The notes under the pieces were generated by a model. It did no database searches. It saw nothing but the letters and a program-made list of their open reading frames with translations, and was not told where the DNA came from. The position numbers and the translations under genes were made by a program. 64,000 bases of DNA from Camelus dromedarius (taxonomy: Eukaryota): positions 39,372,001-39,436,000 of the forward strand of contig NC_087447.1 of NCBI RefSeq assembly GCF_036321535.1, read 5' to 3'. Shown one piece after another: positions 24,051 through 36,872 of this stretch (positions are counted from its first letter, which is position 1; the number at the start of each line of letters is the position of its first letter).

Positions 24051-24814
24051 GTAAAGGACTAAACATCCCTTTAAAACCGTAATCTATCGAATAGAGGAGC
24101 CATGCACATGTTTTCAATAGCGGGTCACAAGCTCAGAAAGTCCTGTGTAGCTGAATGTTTCAGTGGCCCCCATGGTGAGTCAGGAGGATCCACACCTGGA
24201 TGTGATTCAAACATGAGTCAAAAGCCTGTGGAAGAATTGTTTGAATTCGGTCCCAATTTTTTTCCATATAAATTGTCCAAAGTCCCGCATTTCCTATGTG
24301 GAATTAGATTAAACAGTTAACATCACAGAATAAGCAATATTCCGTTTCCACTGCAAAGAGGAATTGGCTGAAGCCTCTCAGCCAGGTGCCTGGAGCTGAG
24401 GTGGGGTGGGAAGCTGCAGGGGAGGAAAGGTATTAGGCCATCTTGCCCCCGACACCTGAGTGAGAGCTAATTTATGGGAAACACATTTTTGTGAAGCAGC
24501 CCAGGTACCTGCACTCCAGAGAGGGACCCCCTTGTGCAGGGGATGCATTTGCATCTGAGCCACCCATGAGCACCTCCTGAAGATTTACGAATGGGTCCGC
24601 GAGGCCCATGCTTGGGCCATCCTTTCCAGTCCCACTCCCCTTCCCAAGCCCTATATTCCAAAATTCGGGGTTACTCATCACTTCTCAGACACCACCTGGT
24701 TTCTTCAACCAGGTTGTCCATCCATCTGGAGAGCCCCTCCCTCCGCCCACTCCTTCAATCTCACCTCAGCCGATTCCATCCCACCCATTTTTCAAAGCTT
24801 CCATCAAACGTTTT

Positions 24815-25002
24815 ATCTTGTTTATCTATTCTACATATGCCTGTCAGTATCTACAAATTTTGAACTCCCAGTCTATCCCTTCCCACCCCCCACCTCCTTG
24901 GCAACCATAAGTTTGTATACTGTCTATGAGTCTGTTTCTGTTGTGTATTTGTGTTCTTCTTCTTTTTTTTTTTTTTTAAGATCCACATATGAGCGATCTC
25001 AT
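24815..25002 (-). mobile_element. Internal fragment of a young L1 3' region
   Basis: TGTTTATCTATT...GGCAACCATAAGTTTGT...TGAGTCTGTTTCTGTT...GATCCACATAT is antisense to 43345-43515. Confidence 0.85.
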
Positions 25003-25261
25003 TGCCACACACAGGTCATCTCTCCTCCTTTGAACGCTCCGAGGCTCTGGTCTGTCTCTCACAGCATTCATTGCGTGCGTCTAACAAATCCCTACTGTGT
25101 TCTGTGCACCAAGCCCTGTGGCCGGACCCAGAGATAAGCGGCAGCGGCGGACGAACAGTGTGAGCATGCGCAGTGGGGTGGGAGGGGTTGTAAAAGAGTC
25201 CCAGTTAATCTGAAATTAAAGAATTTTGCTGGGCTCTGTAGTGACCTTGCAAGTGATGATA

Positions 25262-25460
25262 TGAATTCATTCAACAAACGGTGACTGAACATCTACTATA
25301 TGCCAAGCACTGTGGTAGAAAATGAGGGTAAGACATGAGTAAGGCAGACTCTGCCTGTAGGAATCTCACACCAGTTAGTGAGGGGGACAGACCAGAAAGT
25401 GCAGCAACTTCAGTGACACCAAGGTCAACAACAATGAGTGCTCCCCAGGTACTAGACACG
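25262..25460 (-). mobile_element. L2 3' end
   Basis: ATTCATTCAACAAA...CTACTATATGCCAAGCACTGTG. Confidence 0.75.
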
Positions 25461-25489
25461 TGCCTGGAGATTTCCACTCACGATTTCAC

Positions 25490-25650
25490 GTAGTACTGAA
25501 GCCGATCCTATGATGCAGGTAACATTATTCTTACTTTACAGATCGAAGAGATGAGATAGAGATTTTAAGTTATTTGTCGCCTATCATGACTGGCTAATGG
25601 CAGAGCAGAGATGTGAATTCAGCCTTACCTGGCTGCAACGCTGTGCTCTG
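25490..25650 (-). mobile_element. MIR SINE
   Basis: CCTATGATGCAGGTAACATTATTCTTACTTTACAGAT. Confidence 0.6.
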
Positions 25651-26119
25651 GGCATTGCCTTCATGGCCTGTTGGGAACATGTGTCAGTGCTTCCTCCCTG
25701 CCTTGCCCCTGCTGCTTGTTGCAGAAGATGGATTCCAGGGACCTAATCTACCCACTTTCAACAGGGAGAGCAGAGGCCTTGATTTGTCACAAGAGCTGTT
25801 GTGCTTTAGTTCTTTTCAGGGCCTCTGCCCTCAGTGAGCCCTCAGTCTAGGAGAAGAGCTCAAACATACATGCATAAATATCCAGGTTATAAGACTGACC
25901 AATCAATGGCGTGGTCCACATCTTTTAGACTGTGACAGCCGTCATATTCCCTGACAGCAATTTTTCAGTCTCCTTTCTAGGTTCCCTGCATTGCATGGTA
26001 CTTAAACTTTCTGCGTTTTCAGTTGTGAGGCCGTCCAGAGTTGTGAGTGTGGTAAGATGATTTCATACCCTGTATGTTTCTCAAATTTAGTCTCATTTCT
26101 GGGGCACCTGTCACTGCTC

Positions 26120-26692
26120 TCCTATCTTTTGCCTTGGGTTCTTGCAACAACTTCCTTATGGCTTCCTACTTCAGATCTCTCCCTGGTTTGCTCCATTCTT
26201 CACACTGAAGCCACGGTGATCTTGGACCATAAATCTTGAGTCTGTCCCTTGCCTTAGACCCTCGATGGCACACCACAACCCTCAGGATGAATCAGAGCTT
26301 TTAAGCCTGGTGTTCAGGCCCTCCCACTATATCTTGCACATTCTGTTTTACCTGGGGCTGCCTGCAGTCTCCGACACACTTGGCTGCTCTGTGTCCCTGT
26401 TCTTTTGTCTCTCTTGAAAATGTGCTCTCTCCCCACCTTCACCTGGACAACTTCTACTCATTCATCAAGACTCAACCTCGGCAGAGATCACACACGACGT
26501 CTCCTTGGACCTGCACTCATATTGTCTGACAATCCTCTACTTATGTGTTGGTTTTTACTGCTAGGCTGAATTTCATGGGAACAGCAAAGGTGTCTTCTTC
26601 ATCTCCATATGTCTAGCACCTACCACAGGACCCAGAAAATAATAGTCACTCAGCAAATTCTTGTTTAAATAGATGAATGAGTGAGTGAATGA
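26120..26692 (+). mobile_element. L2 3' region
   Basis: CTCCATTCTTCACACTGAAGCCA...TTCTACTCATTCATCAAGACTCA...GAATGAGTGAGTGAATG tail. Confidence 0.75.
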
Positions 26693-27929
26693 TTAATTAC
26701 AAAGTACTGGGATGTATTAAGTGCCAAATGAGTAGTACAGACAATGAGTATAAAAGAAAGGAGGAAGTGGTCACTTCCAGTTGGGAGCAACCCAGAAAGC
26801 TTCACAGATTAGAAGACATTTATGCTGGGCCTTGCAGGATGAGATAACACATGTGGAAGGGCTGGCCCAGTGCCCACCTGCTGTTGGTGTTGAGTAAGGG
26901 TGAAGTGAATCTGATTTGGCTAGGTGGAAAGAAGTGGGGAGGATATTCCATGGAGGCAGGTGGTGGGGGCAGAGGTTTCAAGGTGGAAAAACACAAGGCA
27001 AGTGCAGGGAACAATCAAAAGACCAGTCTGACTGGAACAAAGGATTTGCAGCCAGGAAGACAAGTGGGTTGGAAGCATAGATGAGGCAAACGAGGACAAT
27101 GCAGAGATATCTTATAAAGTGCCACCTGCACCTGCCTTTTCCATCCAGGAAATGTAAATGTGAACTTCATTAAGGCAGCCTTTGAACGATGCAAACAAAA
27201 CACTCAAATACTCAGGGTGGTGACATAGGGAGAAGAGTGAGGAAGGTGGATTAGGTAATTATTTACTTTCTATAGTGTGAACAATAGGGCAAAATAGCTC
27301 TGATCAGTTTTCATATTTCCCTGCCTTTCTAGTTTTGCCTGAATCAGAGAGCAGCTGAGTTGACCTAAGAGAAAAGTTATTCTAAGCAGGAATTGCAGCA
27401 GGCAGGGGAATAGGAAATCCCATAGTCGTGCCAGGAGAGGAAGCAGTCAGTGCTGGTCGGGCTAGGAAGAGTGGGGCCTGCTTGCCCCACTTGGCTCCTG
27501 GCCTGCTCTTGGGAACAGCCAACCTGCAAGGTGCTGCACAGCACAGGATAGTGCCAGATGGGCCTGTGTTACGGGGGCCCATGGCTGTCTGGAGCCAACA
27601 CCAATATTATACCGTGTTTGGAGCAGGAAAGCAGGGAAGGTAGAGGGGAGCACACAGGATAGCTCTGTCCCCTCACCAACCCCACCTGCATCCTGTGTAT
27701 GCCTCAAAAGAGATGGCATGCTGCAGCAAGAGAGAGCTGGAGAAAGGAGTTCTGAGCCAGGAGCTTCTTAGTCCACATCTCTGCCATTTACTGGCCTCAT
27801 GGGCTTCACTTGCCACTGAAACTCTCTAAAACGTGGCGTTCTTTCTCTTCTGTTGTTCTAATGGGGGAAGGGGGTTAAGGGTTCCTTCCAGATCTCAAGT
27901 TCTATGACTCTCCTGTGATTTGGGTCTAA

Positions 27930-28350
27930 GGAAAAGAACTGACTGAGCATGTGTATACACAGAAGCAGATATGTTATAGGGAATTGGTGGTTATGGAGGC
28001 TGGCCAGTCTGATATCAGCAAGGTGGGTAGGCAGGCTGGAGATCAGGAGAATCAATGTTGAGGTTCGTTTGAAGGCTGTCTGCTGTAGAGCCAGGAAGAG
28101 CTGAGGTTAAAGTCCAAAGGCTGGAGAGTCCTCTGGCACATGGGGGACACCAATCTTTTTGTTCTAAACAGGCCTTCAACTGACTGGATGAGGCTCACCC
28201 ACATTAGGGAGGACAACCTGCTTTACCCGAGGTTCATTGATTTAAATGTTAATCTCATCCAAAAACACTCTCTGTCAACACCCAGAAGAATATTTGACCA
28301 AATATTTGTGCACCCATGGCCTAGCCAAAGTGACACATAAAATTAACCTG
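27930..28350 (-). mobile_element. MLT2-type ERVL LTR
   Basis: GGCCTTCAACTGACTGGATGAGGCTCACCCACATT...TGACACATAAAATTAACC; antisense to the copy at 130-580. Confidence 0.88.
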
Positions 28351-28584
28351 TTTATCCAGCCTTAGATTCCAGATCTCACTTGCCCTTTGCTCCAGCCACA
28401 AAAGAACATTCCCCATACCTGCCCTGAATTTTCCAACCTCTATTCCTTTGCTCAAACATTGCCTTCCACCCTGAATATCGGTCCCCATCTGTCTCAGTTC
28501 CTTTTATCAAAGTCCTACATTTCCTTCACACGTAGCTTTATACGACCTACTCCTGAGAGCACTGATACATTCTAGTAAGAAGCC

Positions 28585-28730
28585 TCAGATAATTTCCACA
28601 ACCTTTGTATGCCTCAGTTTCCTCTTCTGTAAAATAGGGATAATAATTCCTAACGTAGGAAAGATTACAGGAGCGAATACACATACGGCAGTTAGAACAA
28701 TGCCTGACTGTCACGAGCATTGACTGTTTT
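28585..28730 (+). mobile_element. MIR SINE
   Basis: GCCTCAGTTTCCTCTTCTGTAAAATAGGGATAATAAT. Confidence 0.8.
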
Positions 28731-29789
28731 TATTATTACTTTCTACCCATTCCACCATTCCCTACTAGGAATGTGTGAAGAATAATAATAATGGTGGCTG
28801 TAGATTTAGCAGTTATCCTCAAGGTAAAGTGCTTTGAAAACACACATCTACACATAAACTTTACTTCTGTTTCTCCCTTTCCTTTGTATCTCAACAGTCT
28901 TGAACATCCCACGGTTATAAGAATTACTGTCCAGGGCTGTAAATACAACAACGTCTGCTCTACTCAGAAGCGTTACAGGACGCTGAAGGATAATTGAGAC
29001 CACATGTGATGTTTGTCTCATGCACTGAGTCCATGTAGAATCTAAACAATAATTTTGCTTTGTGGGTTTAGTTCTAACGACTAAATCCTTTCCCCCTGGG
29101 TTTATTGAGGAAGCCCTGGGGAGTGGAAATGGCCAACAAAATGTCTGTCTGCCCTAGGTGAGGTTGAGATGCTCAGCTTTCTCACTCCGCCTCTGCTTTC
29201 ACTGGTGGTCCACAGTGCTGATGCCAAGGGCTTTGGAGCTCTCAGAAAGGCTCCACATCCAAACCCTAAAGGGCTGCCTTTCTGGATGAATTACTAGCTG
29301 TTTAGCAACTGTATTTCAACAACTTGTAAGCCACTCATTATCATGGGGACATGTAAATGAGGGACTCTGAGCCCACAAGAGGCAAATGCTTGCTCAAGTG
29401 GGTGTCACCCAAGCATGAAGAGGTGCAAATGGCCAACCTGAGGCAAAGGGACATCTATTCTTATGCCTGGATATCACCTTCAGGCAGAGAGACCTCGGTG
29501 GGGAAAATGGCCCAGAGGACCCTGGATACAGAGTCAGAAGGGGGAGAGAAGAGGTGTGCATCATCCTTGGAAATGGAAGTGGAGGTTATAAGGCTCCCAC
29601 ATGCTCTTACTTACTACATTTTGGAAGCAGTCAGGAAGCCTGGCCCAGTGGAGAATAAAACCTTTGTAAGAGTCTAGTGTCTGTGTTATTTACCCATATT
29701 TGCAACTTGTTTTTTCTCTGGCTAGTCTCCCGTTGGGAACAGCAGTTAGATGTGTGGACTTGTCTTTAAGGGGAGTCAGGAGACACCCT

Positions 29790-29893
29790 GAACCCCACAA
29801 CCTAACTGCCTTCCAAAGGCCCCACCTCCTAATACTATTACACTGGAGATTAGGTTTCAACGTATGAATTTAGGGAACATGAACATTCAGTCT
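29790..29893 (-). mobile_element. MLT1A-like LTR fragment
   Basis: AAAGGCCCCACCTCCTAATAC...TTTCAACGTATGAATTT...ACATTCAGTC. Confidence 0.7.
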
Positions 29894-30799
29894 AATTTTA
29901 GTCCCTTTTCATTGTTTATGGGTATTTCATTGCCAGGAATGGGGACCCTCCAAAGCTTGCTCAAGTAAGCCTACGTGTTCCTTGCACTGGAGAACATTTA
30001 TAATCTGCTTTTGCCTGGTGCTCTTAACCAGGTTTCTCATTTTCTCATTTCTCGGGTTTTTTTTTTTTTTTTTTTTTAATTTCTGTTTCTCTCTGTATAT
30101 TTGCTCTGCTTTCTTCTCCCCACTGACCAGCTTCCTTTGCCTACTCACGGTTCATCGTTGCTTCCCCGGCCTTTCTTGATATGATATTACCTTTTGATAA
30201 ATTATGACTGCTGATAACTGCTTTGAGTTCTCCGTGTTTCCTGACAAATTCCCAAGAGAGGTAATCAGACTGGCCTGGTTCATCTTTTCATGCCAGTTCA
30301 TGTCCTATCTCACCTGGGAACTGGCTGCCTTGGGTTCAGGTGCCCATCCTTGGTCTATTCAGCTGTGGGCAGGGACACACCTTCTTACGGTACTCAGTAT
30401 GGCCACCTGGAAATCAGGGGCTGTGGGTGGGGTAGTTTCCCTCAGAGGGGGTGTGGGCAGACAGGCACTGAATATCACAGTACACTGTTCCTCTCTCTGT
30501 CCCTGGGATTTCCAAGTTGAGCTCATCAGTCGACCCTGACAGAAGAAGGGTTTCTTCTCCTTTATTGCTCCTGTCCTTGACCTTTGGGATAGCTTCACCT
30601 AATAGCAGTGCATATAATTGGAGACAGTAGGAATCCTGCTTGCTGAGAAGTCTGATTAGGTGCAAGGCAATGCTCAACCAGTGGGAGGGGATTTGCGCAG
30701 TCTTCCTTCTGTAGTTCTTGACAAACCCACTCTTGGCTCAGACACTCATCACAACAGCTTGATCTAAGTGCTCACTTTGCCAACATCCTCGTAAAACAA

Positions 30800-30995
30800 T
30801 GTATTTTTTAAAGTGGAATTTGTTGTGTGACCCTCTTGCATTAGAATCAGTTGGGAATGCTCATGATAAATGCAAATTCCTAGTGCCAGCTCCTGACCTA
30901 TAGATGAGAAGCCCAGGGGATATGGTTAGGAATCTGCATGTTTACAAGCTCCATAGGTAAGTCCAATGATCAGTGAGTTTGGAAGCCATTGCACT
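30800..30995. mobile_element. MER5-like hAT DNA transposon
   Basis: CATTAGAATCA...AAATGCAAATTCCT...AGGAATCTGCATGTTTACAAGCTCC. Confidence 0.7.
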
Positions 30996-31167
30996 AAGCT
31001 ACCCTATGAATGTTATCTATTTCAGACTATTCCAATCCATTCTGTTCCGTTAGATTTCACGAAAACCCTTTAAAACACTTGACTTGCATAACCTTTTTTT
31101 CTAGAACTTTCCAGGTAGTCTAAGGTCCATTCAGGTATCCTCAGAGGCAGATATAAATAAACATGAA

Positions 31168-31258
31168 TGGGGGGTGGGAGGATTGCTCAGTGGTATAGTA
31201 TATGCTTAGCATGCTCAAGGTCCCGGGTTCAATCCCCAGTACCTCCACTGAAAAAAAT
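31168..31258 (+). mobile_element. tRNA-derived SINE of camelid type, with A tail and TSD
   Basis: G-rich head, A-box-like TTGCTCAGTGG (31183-31193), B box GGTTCAATCC (31226-31235), A-rich tail; flanked by AATAAACATGAA / AATAAGCATGAA. Confidence 0.85.
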
Positions 31259-32569
31259 AATAAGCATGAAGGTCCTGGCCACCATCCATTCTGACCCAAA
31301 GCCCTGGATTCAAAGAGGAGCACCCTAACTTTGCCCCTGACTTGACATTTCCCATGGGATGGCAAAGGGATTTACCTGGTAGCTCTTGTGCAATAAATCA
31401 GCACAAATCTCAAGGCACCACCCTAAATAGAGGCCCTCCTGGCTGGCAGCCGGAGTCACAGCTCAATGGGATAAGCTCAAAGAAGCCGCAGGCGAGTAGA
31501 AAGCAGTGCATGCAGGGCTGCTTCTCTGCAGAATCACAATGGAGCCAGTGTTTGCATTAGAGTCAGACAATGACTCCGATTCAAGGGACAGGACACCAAG
31601 GCTGAAGGGTGCTCTGAGTAAAAGAGAAGAACTGGGCCCCTTTCTTGGCTCAGTCTCTGCCTGGAAATGATTCCATTTTGTTTTTAATCCTATTTGTCTT
31701 TCTTTCGTATCTTTAGGAGCACCAATAAATGGCCATCCATTTCTTCTAGGGTGATCACATCTTTTTCACATTTGACCCAAGAATTTAGACACGAGCCTGT
31801 CCTTGCTGTATATGAGCAAGAGATGTGCATTCTCCAGATACTGGAGAAAATGAAGTAATCTCCTTAACGATGGGTCAGAATTGACATTTGGCCTCAGCAG
31901 TCAATACCGAGTTCTTTCGCAATGCCTCACTGCCTGCCATGTATCAGAGATTTCCAGCTCCAGTCACTCCAGATATTTTAATTTCTACTCTAGGACAGAA
32001 ACCATCATTTGATTTGTGAGCATTTAATGGACTATGTGCTTTATAATCCATTTCCTCTCTCCTAAACATCCATCTATAATAGTGTCCAAGAAGTCTTCAA
32101 AGTAGGCAAAATGTATAAATATAGTTCCTTTTGGGGCCTGCTTATTCACCGAACAGAAAATTTACTATCCTGTCTCTTTCCAGCCTGGAACTAGGTGAAT
32201 TATATTTAAGTTTCAAGCCTTGGCCTGACTAGATCTCACTCTAAAGAGAGAAAAATTAACACAGGCCTGTGAAAATCTATTATTTCATATGAGAGAAGGA
32301 TCTTAGGACAAGTAGGAGGAAAGAACTGGAAATAAGTACTGAAACCAGTTATATATACACACACTTACATAAACACACACAGTTATTATCAATGTACTCA
32401 TAGGGACTGGAACATAAAAAATAAACTGAAATGTTTAATTATATTTTACATTATTCAGTTAAAATGAGTGGAAGTGGGGAAAAGCAAGAACACTTGGTTC
32501 CTCATTCCATATAAAGAAGAGTAAAAAAGTTAATGTTTTCTTTTTAATAAAATAATAAATATGCTCTTC

Positions 32570-32951
32570 TGGTTGTCTGTTATCAATTGCTGTCATTCTG
32601 CATGGCTGCAGAGTAGACAGAAAATACCTTTCCTAGAATCATTCTCCTTGTACGGTTCTGGGTTAGATTTCACCCAGGAGAGATGCTCTTGAGATGTCTG
32701 GAAGGAGAAGTCATTGTTCTCCTGAGACGGCTGTCACCACAAAAATGGGCAGTCCTGTGACTTCACAGTGGCTTCCCAGTGAGTACCAAGAATCACCTGC
32801 TGCAGACCTTTGGACTCAGATCTTGATGGTAGATTTATTGACCTTCCCAGTCCAGCTCTTCCAAATTTGTGCCTGCCCTTTATTCCTGTATTAAACTTCT
32901 CATTCCTGAATACCTAGTCAGTCATTTTCCTGACTGAATCCTGGTGATACA
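32570..32951 (+). mobile_element. ERVL-class LTR (LTR33/LTR41-like)
   Basis: Ends ...TTTCCTGACTGAATCCTGGTGATACA with an upstream ATTAAA; subfamily uncertain. Confidence 0.5.
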
Positions 32952-33049
32952 TCTGACTTTTAAGAAGTGCTTCATAATTCAGTCACCACTCATAAAATTT
33001 AAAGCAGGAAGTCTAGTTTCCAAATCATTGCAGAAGATAAAACAATCAA

Positions 33050-33350
33050 AATACTCTCCATATAGCAAAAAGCAAAATAGAAAGTAAACAGAAAACTAAG
33101 GCATAAAGCAAGATGACAGAAGTAACACCAGGCGTAACAGTTATATCAACAAATGTCAACACTTTTAAACCCCTTTAAAAATAGGCAAAGATTCAGGCTG
33201 GAGCAAAAACAACAAGGCAATTCAATGACTGCTTACTAAAGATGACTTTAAATGATATTGAAAGTTTGAAAATAAAAGGTTGGGGTATGAACATGTCAGG
33301 CAAATGCAAACAAAAAGAAAGCAAGAAAGACTTAAGGTAACAAAGATTAA
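33050..33350 (+). mobile_element. Old L1 ORF2 endonuclease 5' fragment
   Basis: ATATCAACAAATGTCAAC (ISTNVN), TTGAAAATAAAAGGTTGG (LKIKGW), CAGGCAAATGCAAACAAAAAGAAAGCA (QANANKKKA). Confidence 0.75.
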
Positions 33351-33379
33351 AAACTATAATTAGAATTTTAAAAATGATT

Positions 33380-33504
33380 ACAAAGCTAGTTGCACTCTCA
33401 TTGTAAAAAGTCCAACAATATAGAATTAAATAGAGGTAAAGGTAATAAGCACTGCTAACAATTTGGTGTTCATCCTTTTAGTCTTCTGTCATCTTTCTAT
33501 TGAT

Positions 33505-33535
<31 letters not shown>

Positions 33536-35490
33536 ATTTCATTGACTCTAAGATGCACCTATGTTTTTAAAGTACCATTATTTCCTTATATCTAAGAAAG
33601 AAAAACACTACCAGTTAAATTGTGACATGCTAGAAATTGTGAGATGCACCCCGATTTTAGATATTAAAAATACCTGAATCTTAACAATGGAGTTATTTCT
33701 AATGTATTTTTTACAGGAATTGAATTATTTTATATACTATGTTTTTCTTAATTGTTTATCTATCATCTTCTGTGATTTTCTTTCTTTTCCTAATGATATG
33801 ACTTGGGAAAATTTTCTATTTCAGGTCATAATTATCTATCCCATTAAAAATGTCACATGGCATTACATAATTTGCATGTACCATCATTTATTAGTTCTTT
33901 TCTCTAAATGTCAAACTTAACATTTAGGTTATTTCTTTTTTTTTTTTTTTTTTTGCAATGGCAACGTTGCAATGATTACTTTATCCATTGTTACAGAGCG
34001 TGTGTGTGCCAGTTTTTCTAGAATAGATAACTTGATGTAGACATGCTCTTTCAAGTATAAGCACCTTTTAAACCTTGGTAGATGCTAGCAGATTGTCCTC
34101 CATTGTCTTGTTCTCCAAGACCATATCAATTCATAGTCCCATCAATACTTGCTTTCTATCAAAATGGATATTGTTATCATTATTTTTTTTGCTGATTTGG
34201 TAAGTTGTTTTCCTGTCCCCTTTCTTGATTACCAGAGAGGCTGATCAACTTATCATGTTTATTGTCCATCACATTTATTCTTCTGTGAATTGCCTTTTTA
34301 TATCCTTTGCTCACTTTTCTGTTGGAGTTTTTTTCTACTTCTTCTTGATGTGTGTATCCCCTTAGGGTTAAGGATGACAGTTCATTGATCTACTACGTAT
34401 CTTGCAAATATTCTCCCCTTGTGCTACCATTTTTGCTTGGTTATGATGAAGTCAGTCATGTGGACTATTAAACATACATAATCAATTATGTCAATGTTTT
34501 CCTTTACAGATGTTAGGTTTTGTATCCTGAATAAAAAACATTTCTAAATTCCAAATTATTTAAAATATTCTTCTATATGTTCTCCTAATAAGGAAATGCA
34601 TTTTTTCACTTAAAAGATGTCCAGAGGTAAGGTGGATTTAGGCTGGTATGGTCAGAGGTCCAGTGAGGTTTTCCTGAACCTGACTTCGTTGCATCCCATC
34701 ATTGATACTGGCTTTATTTCAGGCCCTTAGCAAGATGGCTACAGATTTCATATGCAGAGTTCACAGCAAATCCAAGGAACAAAAGGGACTGTATTTTCCT
34801 GTTTCTCTTCCTTAGAAACATGAAAATGTTTTCCCAGAGCTCCAACATACTCCCCCTCATGTCTTGGCTCAGTTACTGCCCAGGGAAATTTAATTAGCAT
34901 GATTGACCTAGATTAGTCTTTTGGGGTGTGTAGATGTTTGGGGTGGTCAGACAAAATGATCACCACAAATACTTTGTTAGATTTTTAATGTCTAATTGTC
35001 TACCTGAAATTAATTTTTGTATGATGCTAGCTAATGACCTAACTTTATTTGCTTAATGAATATCTAACTATTTTAATACCATTTATTGACTAGGTTATTG
35101 TCTAGTTATTAATTTAAAATGCCACTTTTAATATGAATGCACACACATGCACATATACACGCACGTACGTGTGCATGGGTCTATGGACTCTCTTCTCTCC
35201 TAGGTCACTCTCTGTCTATTTCTATACCAAAGTCACCAATTCCACTGTGTTTTGCTATGTGGGAAGACAGCACCACCCACATTCATTATTTTTTATTTTG
35301 TTTTTTCCAAGATTTTTTGTTATTTTCACATAATTTTTTGAGGCATTACTGAATCAGCCTGTCAGGGTAAAGGAATAATCTTCTGTAATTTTGAATAGTT
35401 CTGTATTAACTATCCCAATCCAGGGTTATTTGGGTCATTCTTTAAAGCTCACAGAGAGATTGACTGTTTTCTTCATATTAAGCCAGACAC
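33380..35490 (-). mobile_element. Old L1ME-like 3' region, interrupted by younger insertions
   Basis: T-rich strand; TTCTTCTGTGAATTGCCT...TATCCTTTGCTCACTTTTCT and TTGCAAATATTCTCCCC. Confidence 0.7.
33535..33690. mobile_element. TcMar-Tc2-like non-autonomous element (MER104/Kanga-like)
   Basis: TATTTCATTGACTCTAAGATGCAC resembles the recalled Tc2-family terminus. Confidence 0.5.
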
Positions 35491-35504
35491 ACTTGTTATT
35501 GGGC

Positions 35505-35903
35505 ACATTAGTCTCTTGAACTGCTGTAACAAAATACCACGGACTGGGTGGCTTAAACAACAGAAATATATTTTCACAGTTCTGAAGCCTGAAAAGTCTG
35601 TGATCAAGGTACTGGGTGATTTAGTTTCTGGTACGAGTTCTCTTCCTGGGTTGCATACAGCTACCTTTTTGCCATGTCTTTGCAGGGTGGTGGGAGGGGG
35701 AGGGAGGGAGGGAAGGAAAGAGAGAGAGAAAAAGACTCTTTCTGTTCTTATAAGGCCACATCCTGTTGGATTAGGGCCCCACCCCTATGACCTCATTTAA
35801 CCTTAATTACCTCCAAAAGATCCCATTTCTAGATACAATCACATTGGAGGTTAGGGCTTCCACGTATGGATGGGGGGGGGCGTGGCACAATTCAGTCCAC
35901 AGC
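35505..35903 (-). mobile_element. MLT1A-like MaLR solo LTR
   Basis: GCTGTAACAAAATACCAC...GGTGGCTTAAACAACAGAAAT...TGACCTCATTTAACCTTAATTACCTCC...AATTCAGTCCACAGCA. Confidence 0.9.
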
Positions 35904-36059
35904 ATTAGGCTTATTATTGGTGTTTTATAGTGTTTGAAGATGGTGTGAGCAGAGAAAGAACTGTTCAGCAGAGCAGAGTCAAGAGGAGACATGGGGAAGA
36001 ATAAAAGTTGATCTCTGCCTGCACCCTATTGAGTCCAACTCATTCAATAAAGTTTTCAT

Positions 36060-36775
36060 TATCGATTTAATCCCCAAAAGGGCTATACCAATGTACACTC
36101 CCACCTGCAGAGTTGCTATTTTCCCATACTCTTTGCCACACAAATGCATGAAAACTTGAAATTTGTTTATATCTACATTGCCCTGAATGAATAGTGAGGG
36201 TATCCTTCATATGTTATTCTCTATTCAATTTTTCTCTTTCTGTGCATTACTTATTCATACATATGTCTGTTTCTTTACTGGATTGCTGTCTTTTCCTTTT
36301 TAATTTGTAGGCATTATTTATATGTTTGGGATACAGATACTTTGTAACATGCAAACAATTCTCCCCATCCTGTGGCTTATCTTTCCATATTTAAAAAATA
36401 TGTATTCTGATGTACCAAAGGTTTTCATTTTTAATATAATCTCATTTATAACTCTTTCCTCATGGAAGTTCTTGTCAAAAAATTCTTTTCTACTCCAAGG
36501 ACATAAAGACATAACATAAGGACATAACATATATTTTCTGTTAATGGGGTTAAAGTTATGTGTTTTACATTTGGGTCTTTAATCTTCCTAGTAATTACTT
36601 TGGACAGAGGGTGAAGAAGGAATCTAATTTTATTTTTTTCCACTTTGAAATCCAATTGCCCCAACACCATTTATCGACAACTCTTCCTTGCTGCACTTGG
36701 TTGTTATAACTCCTCTGCTGTATTATACTAGGTTCCCCATATTTTGTGTTTTAGTTTCCAGGCTTTTTAGTCTCT
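36060..36775 (-). mobile_element. Old L1 ORF2 3' fragment
   Basis: TACCAATGTACACTCCCACCTGCAG and TCCAATTGCCCCAACACCATTTAT; the minus-strand ORF 36446-36670 gives a degenerate ORF2-like peptide. Confidence 0.75.
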
Positions 36776-36841
36776 TATTCCAAGTCTCTTCCTGCTTCTA
36801 GAGGCAACTTGCCCCATAACACAGAGGGTTGTTCATGCACA

Positions 36842-36872
<31 letters not shown>
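36842..36872. repeat. (TG)n(CG)n microsatellite
   Basis: TGTGTG...GTGCGCGCGTGT seen directly. Confidence 0.9.

Noticed and set aside
31168..31258. Possible tRNA gene
   Set aside because: It has A and B boxes but a G-rich head, no paired acceptor stem, an A tail and a TSD, so it is a SINE.
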